IMG/VR virus record: IMGVR_UViG_3300045988_129544
Coordinates: 1 to 44,746 of that record
DNA from: a virus
Length of the DNA: 44,746 nt
Reading direction: 5' to 3' (one strand)
Shown here: piece by piece, positions 40,888-44,746 of the stretch
Layout of the letters: every line of letters starts with the position of its first letter
How positions within the stretch are numbered: the first letter of the stretch is position 1
The notes under the pieces: generated by a model
Databases searched by the model: none
Seen by the model: the letters and a program-made list of their open reading frames with translations, nothing else
Told to the model about the DNA's origin: nothing
Made by a program: the position numbers and the translations under genes

Positions 40888-42355
40888 AAGAAAACGCAGG
40901 CGCGCCCTTGACAAAGCTCCTGAGCCGCAGCCAATACGCAGCAGGGCGCTCGACGCGTTTAGTAACGTACTGGCTCGTTTGGGTGCTGGTACTCCGAACC
41001 TGTTAGAAGGCACGGAGTACAGTCTGCAGCGCATGTCGCGTGATTTCAATACGTTAAATGCTCTCTATCGCGAGAGCTGGATTGTCCGTCGCATCATCGA
41101 CGTTATCCCGGCGGACATGCTCAAAAACTGGATAACGATTACCAGCGGCTTGGACCCCGATGTAGAGAAGCGGCTCAGTCTTACTCTGCGCCGCACGCAG
41201 CTCATTGACAAGCTAAAGCGCGGCATGCAGTGGGGCAGGCTCTATGGTGGCGCGTTAGGAGTGATGCTGGTCAAACACCAAGGCTACGACCTTAGCCAAC
41301 CGCTGCAGCTTGACTGGATAATGCCTGGCGATTTCTCAGGGCTGCTCATCTTCGACCGCTGGAACGGAGTTAACCCATCCAGCGAGCTTATCGAAGATAT
41401 TTCTGATCCTGATTACGGTTATCCGAAATATTACACTGTAACTGATCCTGCCGGTGGTGGCTCCGTGAAGATTCATTATAGCAGGGTAGCTCGATTCCCC
41501 GGAGCCACGCTACCGTTCTGGGAGGAAATTGCAGAGATGCAATGGGGCGCGTCTGTCATTGAGTCTATTTTTGATGAGCTGCGTAAGCGTGACAATGTGA
41601 GCTGGAACATTGCGCAGTTGACCTTCATGGCGAACATCCGCGTGCTAAAGATGCAGGACTTAGGTCAGCTTCTGGCGGCAACGGACAACGAGTCGCAGGC
41701 TGAGCTGCTGCGAACGCTGGAAGCGCAGAACATGCTACTGAACAATATGGGCATGCAGGTTATGGATGCTGCAGATGGTCTGGAAACACACCAGTACACG
41801 TTCGGCGGTCTTGCTGACTGCTATCAGCAGTTTATTATGGACATCAGCGGCGCTGCTGAAATTCCGGTGACGCGTCTGTTCGGGCGCTCTCCCTCGGGAC
41901 TCAACGCTACAGGCGAGAGTGACCTGCAGAACTACTATGACATGATAGCCGAGAAGCAAGAGTCTTATCTGCGTCCTATCCTGAACAAAGTGCTCCCACC
42001 GTTCATTATCTCGACGTTAGGCAGCCTGCCGGACGACTTTGATTTTGAATTTGACCCGGTTGCAGAGCCTACGGACAAAGAGCGTGCCGACCTTGCCAAG
42101 TGTGGCACAGACAATGTTGTGGCTGCCTACAATGCCGGTCTTATCTCTCAGCGCACTGCTCTTAAGGAGTTGAAGCAGCAGAGCGAGCGCACCGGTGTCT
42201 GGACGAATATCACCGATGAGGACATCGAGCGTGCGTCCGACTCCGTGGAGCCGCCTGGTGAGATGGGAGGCATGTTTGGCGACATGGGCGGTGGCGAGGC
42301 TGTTGGTGCTGCTGGTGTTGAACCTCAGCAAAATAAACCGCCTGAATCTGAATAA
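40880..42355 (+). CDS. portal protein (DUF1073-like)
   Basis: 491 aa, following terL, with an AGGAGG SD. Confidence 0.85.
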   Translation: MSKRKRRRALDKAPEPQPIRSRALDAFSNVLARLGAGTPNLLEGTEYSLQRMSRDFNTLNALYRESWIVRRIIDVIPADMLKNWITITSGLDPDVEKRLSLTLRRTQLIDKLKRGMQWGRLYGGALGVMLVKHQGYDLSQPLQLDWIMPGDFSGLLIFDRWNGVNPSSELIEDISDPDYGYPKYYTVTDPAGGGSVKIHYSRVARFPGATLPFWEEIAEMQWGASVIESIFDELRKRDNVSWNIAQLTFMANIRVLKMQDLGQLLAATDNESQAELLRTLEAQNMLLNNMGMQVMDAADGLETHQYTFGGLADCYQQFIMDISGAAEIPVTRLFGRSPSGLNATGESDLQNYYDMIAEKQESYLRPILNKVLPPFIISTLGSLPDDFDFEFDPVAEPTDKERADLAKCGTDNVVAAYNAGLISQRTALKELKQQSERTGVWTNITDEDIERASDSVEPPGEMGGMFGDMGGGEAVGAAGVEPQQNKPPESE

Positions 42356-42389
42356 ATGACTTGCAATAATTATGTATGAGAGTTAATAT
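42356..42389 (+). promoter_or_regulatory. conserved promoter-like cassette, copy F (-35 TTGCAA 42361-42366, 17-nt spacer, -10 TAATAT 42384-42389)
   Basis: ATGACTTGCAATAATTATGTATGAGAGTTAATAT, starting at the base after the portal stop codon. Confidence 0.5.
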
Positions 42390-42813
42390 GTACACACTAA
42401 AAATTACGGATGGTAGTATCATGGATAAAACAGCTACGAATTTAGCTAGGTTAAGAGCCTATGATGAAAATCCCTGGGATGAATCTGAACATCCTAGAGC
42501 TGAGAATGGGCGTTTTACCTCTGGCTCTAGTAATGAATCTAATTCTTCTAGCAGTGAATCTGATCTTGCAGATATTTTCCCGAAAGGGACAGGAAAAATT
42601 AAAGAAACTATAGGCAAGAGAGGAACCACTCGCATTGAAGCCTCAAATGGGGACGAGATTATGATTAGCTACAATCGCTCAAAAGAAAGATATGATGTTG
42701 AGTTCTGGGGTCCAGATGATCTTGAAGCTAACGAAGTTATACATTGTGATGATATACATGATATAAATCGTGAGCTTATTAAACGGTATGACATTGAAGT
42801 TAGTTATTCATAA
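42388..42813 (+). CDS. hypothetical protein with WDESEHPRAENGRFTSGS motif (paralogue of the 37069 ORF); the start is uncertain (42376, 42388 or 42421)
   Basis: ORF inserted between the portal and MuF genes. It is more AT-rich than its neighbours and has a Ser/Asn-rich linker. Confidence 0.6.
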   Translation: MYTLKITDGSIMDKTATNLARLRAYDENPWDESEHPRAENGRFTSGSSNESNSSSSESDLADIFPKGTGKIKETIGKRGTTRIEASNGDEIMISYNRSKERYDVEFWGPDDLEANEVIHCDDIHDINRELIKRYDIEVSYS

Positions 42814-42869
42814 GAATGGAGCTATAAGTGGGGACCGCAAGAGGAAGAGGGCTAATGATTGGATAAATT

Positions 42870-43709
42870 ATGAAAAAATTTAAAATGCCGCGAGTCATTG
42901 AGCGCTCTTATGCCAGCGCCATTGACCGCCTGATGCAGGGACTGAAGCGTGAGTTATCTCACGTTGCCAGTCCTTTTTTTATTGCTGACATAATGCGTCG
43001 GCTGGCACGTTCCCCGACTTTTATTCGTGCCTGCGACCAAATCGCGCGCTCGATGGCCACGCATCTGTTCCGCGACGGGCATAAGACGTGGCGTGCTGCA
43101 GCAGCTGAGGGCAGTAAGGGACGAATCATTCGCACTGCCCTACAGCGCGAGCTTGCCTCACCACGCGTCGCAAAAGTGTACGAGGGTATAATCAGTCGTA
43201 ATGCTGAATTAATCCGCTCTATGCCGCTCACGCTGGCTGATAGGGTGGCTCATAAGGTTGCTAAAGGTTATGAGCAAGGCTTGCGACCGGAGACGATGAT
43301 AAACGATATCCTCAAAGAGTACCCGCACATGACCGAAGCTCATGCAAGGCTCATCGCCCGCACGGAAACGTCTAAAGCCAGCACTGCTCTGACGCAGGTG
43401 CGTGCTGCTGATGCAGGGCTTGAGTGGTACGTCTGGCGGACAAGCGAGGACTCTCGTGTGCGTTCTGCTCATGCTCATATGGATGGCGTGATTATCCCTT
43501 GGAGCGATGCACCGGCGCCGGAGCTGCTTAACCATGAGAAGTCGCAGGGATACTACCATGCGGGAAACATTTACAATTGCCGCTGCTATCCTGAACCGCT
43601 TATCAGGTTTGACCAGGTGGCGTGGCCAGCTAAGGTGTACCGAAACGGCAAAATCGAGCGCATGGGTATAAAACAATTTAGAAAACTATTACCTGGAGGT
43701 GAGCTATGA
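42870..43709 (+). CDS. head morphogenesis protein, Mu F / SPP1 gp7 family
   Basis: Contains ARTETSKASTALTQVR..WRTSEDSRVRSAHAHMDGVIIPW..NCRCYPEP. Confidence 0.85.
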   Translation: MKKFKMPRVIERSYASAIDRLMQGLKRELSHVASPFFIADIMRRLARSPTFIRACDQIARSMATHLFRDGHKTWRAAAAEGSKGRIIRTALQRELASPRVAKVYEGIISRNAELIRSMPLTLADRVAHKVAKGYEQGLRPETMINDILKEYPHMTEAHARLIARTETSKASTALTQVRAADAGLEWYVWRTSEDSRVRSAHAHMDGVIIPWSDAPAPELLNHEKSQGYYHAGNIYNCRCYPEPLIRFDQVAWPAKVYRNGKIERMGIKQFRKLLPGGEL

Positions 43710-44746
43710 ACAAGGCATATTTTGGCTCACGAATCTCCGACCACATCCTCAAAACGCCGGAAGGCTTCCTGATCTGCAAGGATGTTCCGATTGCTCGTAC
43801 AGGTACACAGCAGTATCGAGGCTGCGAGTTCGGCGGTCCGGTCGCTGACGGCATCTATAATGTCCAGCGTCCTGAAGCTGAAGTCTTTGACCGTGCTGCC
43901 GTGGCAAGCTTTGAAGGCAAGCCAGTATGCGATGAACATCCGGAGGAAGATGTAACCCCTGATAATTATGGGCGGTACATGAAAGGCGTGTGCCGTGATG
44001 TGCGTCGGGGCGATGGCGACTTGAGTAATTGCCTGGTTGCTGATTTAGTTATTTATGACGCTGACCTTATCAATAAGATTGAGGCCGGCAAACGCGAGAT
44101 ATCTTGCGGTTATGACTGCTTGTGGAATCCGACGAGTGACTCCAGCTATGACCAGCTGGAAATCCGCGGTAACCATGTAGCAGTTGTTGATAGAGGCAGG
44201 GCGGGGCACAAGGTGGCCATCCGTGATACTGCCGACGATAAAAAAGGAGGTACAAAAATGTCTAAATCTTTGATTGGACGTATCCTGCGAGCGCTGGCTC
44301 GCGACGAATCTACTACACCGGAGGACATGGAGGCTGCTGCAAAGCTTGCAGGTAGCTCTGACGCTGAACCGCGTCCGCAGCCTGCGCCAGCTCCCTCAAC
44401 ACCAGCTCCTGCTGCTGTGCCGCAGCCTGAAAATAAACCTGCTGCTATGGACGAGGCTACTGAGGCGCGCTTTAAGAAAATTGAGGACGCACTGGAAGCT
44501 ATCAGCTCTAAGCTGAATCCTGCGCAGCCTGCTGCTGAACCTAAAAAGGACGCTCTTGATGCTCTGGAGGAAGAGCTCCAAAACAAAGCACCTGCTGCTG
44601 CTCCTGCTCCTGCTGGTGACGAGGACTATGTAATCGAACCGCCTGAAGATATTAATGCGCAGGATGCAGCGCCGGAAGAAGATGTTGAGGGTGAATGTGC
44701 TCCCAACGCCAAAGAGGCACGTGACGCAGCTATGGCTTTAATCAAA
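43706..44746 (+). CDS. DUF2213-like (prohead protease/scaffold-type) ORF, open to the window end and continuing at nt 120-347 (422 aa in total). A nested in-frame start at 44258 would give a 238-aa scaffold-like product
   Basis: GGAGGTG SD before ATG 43706. No stop occurs before the window end. AAAAAGGAGGT lies 7 nt before the in-frame ATG 44258. Confidence 0.8.
   Translation, partial: MNKAYFGSRISDHILKTPEGFLICKDVPIARTGTQQYRGCEFGGPVADGIYNVQRPEAEVFDRAAVASFEGKPVCDEHPEEDVTPDNYGRYMKGVCRDVRRGDGDLSNCLVADLVIYDADLINKIEAGKREISCGYDCLWNPTSDSSYDQLEIRGNHVAVVDRGRAGHKVAIRDTADDKKGGTKMSKSLIGRILRALARDESTTPEDMEAAAKLAGSSDAEPRPQPAPAPSTPAPAAVPQPENKPAAMDEATEARFKKIEDALEAISSKLNPAQPAAEPKKDALDALEEELQNKAPAAAPAPAGDEDYVIEPPEDINAQDAAPEEDVEGECAPNAKEARDAAMALIK
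44628..44746. repeat. Second copy of the 119-nt terminal direct repeat
   Basis: Exact match to nt 1-119. Confidence 0.97.

Overview
This window is a complete, circularly closed genome of a temperate contractile-tailed phage. The unique length is 44,627 bp: nt 1-119 repeat exactly at 44628-44746, and one ORF runs off the right end and finishes at nt 347. No homology search was possible, so family names come from recalled motifs plus gene order. Layout (+ strand unless noted): scaffold C-terminus, decoration-like protein and major capsid (1-1940); head-tail connectors (2004-4256); sheath, tube, chaperone with a -1 frameshift, and tape measure (4262-8410); PBSX/Mu-like baseplate with gpV-like spike and PAAR tip (8407-13527); two tail fibres plus accessory genes (13531-16492); holin, M15 endolysin and a spanin-like ORF (16504-17814); a small sigma-region-4-like regulator and a terminator-bounded 4-gene cargo unit of unknown function (17856-19833); attP carrying the 3' part of a tRNA-Ser(UGA) (about 20373-20434); a minus-strand lysogeny module (integrase 20940-22022, bPH_2-like membrane protein 22152-22571, XRE repressor 22892-23230); a divergent switch with repeated operators; cro-like, Bro-N antirepressor and early genes; a Gp157 / P-loop ATPase / DUF669 / primase-helicase module followed by an iteron plus AT-rich origin (30488-30751); SNF2-type helicase, VRR-NUC and a sigma-like regulator; an unusually short C5-methyltransferase; ParB-N6/N4 methylase; terminase small and large subunits, portal, MuF-like protein, and a DUF2213-like ORF with a nested scaffold start. 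The most unusual content is as follows. (1) Six copies of a 34-nt promoter-like cassette (ATGACTTGCAAT-N-GAGTTAATAT) head small accessory ORFs and one non-coding unit. (2) Two of those ORFs are paralogues sharing a WDESxHPRxxNGxF motif, one of them inserted between portal and MuF. (3) There are two candidate small RNAs, at 36823-36958 and 22057-22149. (4) AT-rich accessory islands sit in the lysogeny and early regions, encoding a bPH_2 membrane protein and a reverse-oriented DUF2513-like gene. Strong GGAGG-type ribosome binding sites throughout, a Firmicute-like tail and holin, and a spanin-like gene suggest a diderm Firmicute (Negativicutes-like) host, but this is speculative.
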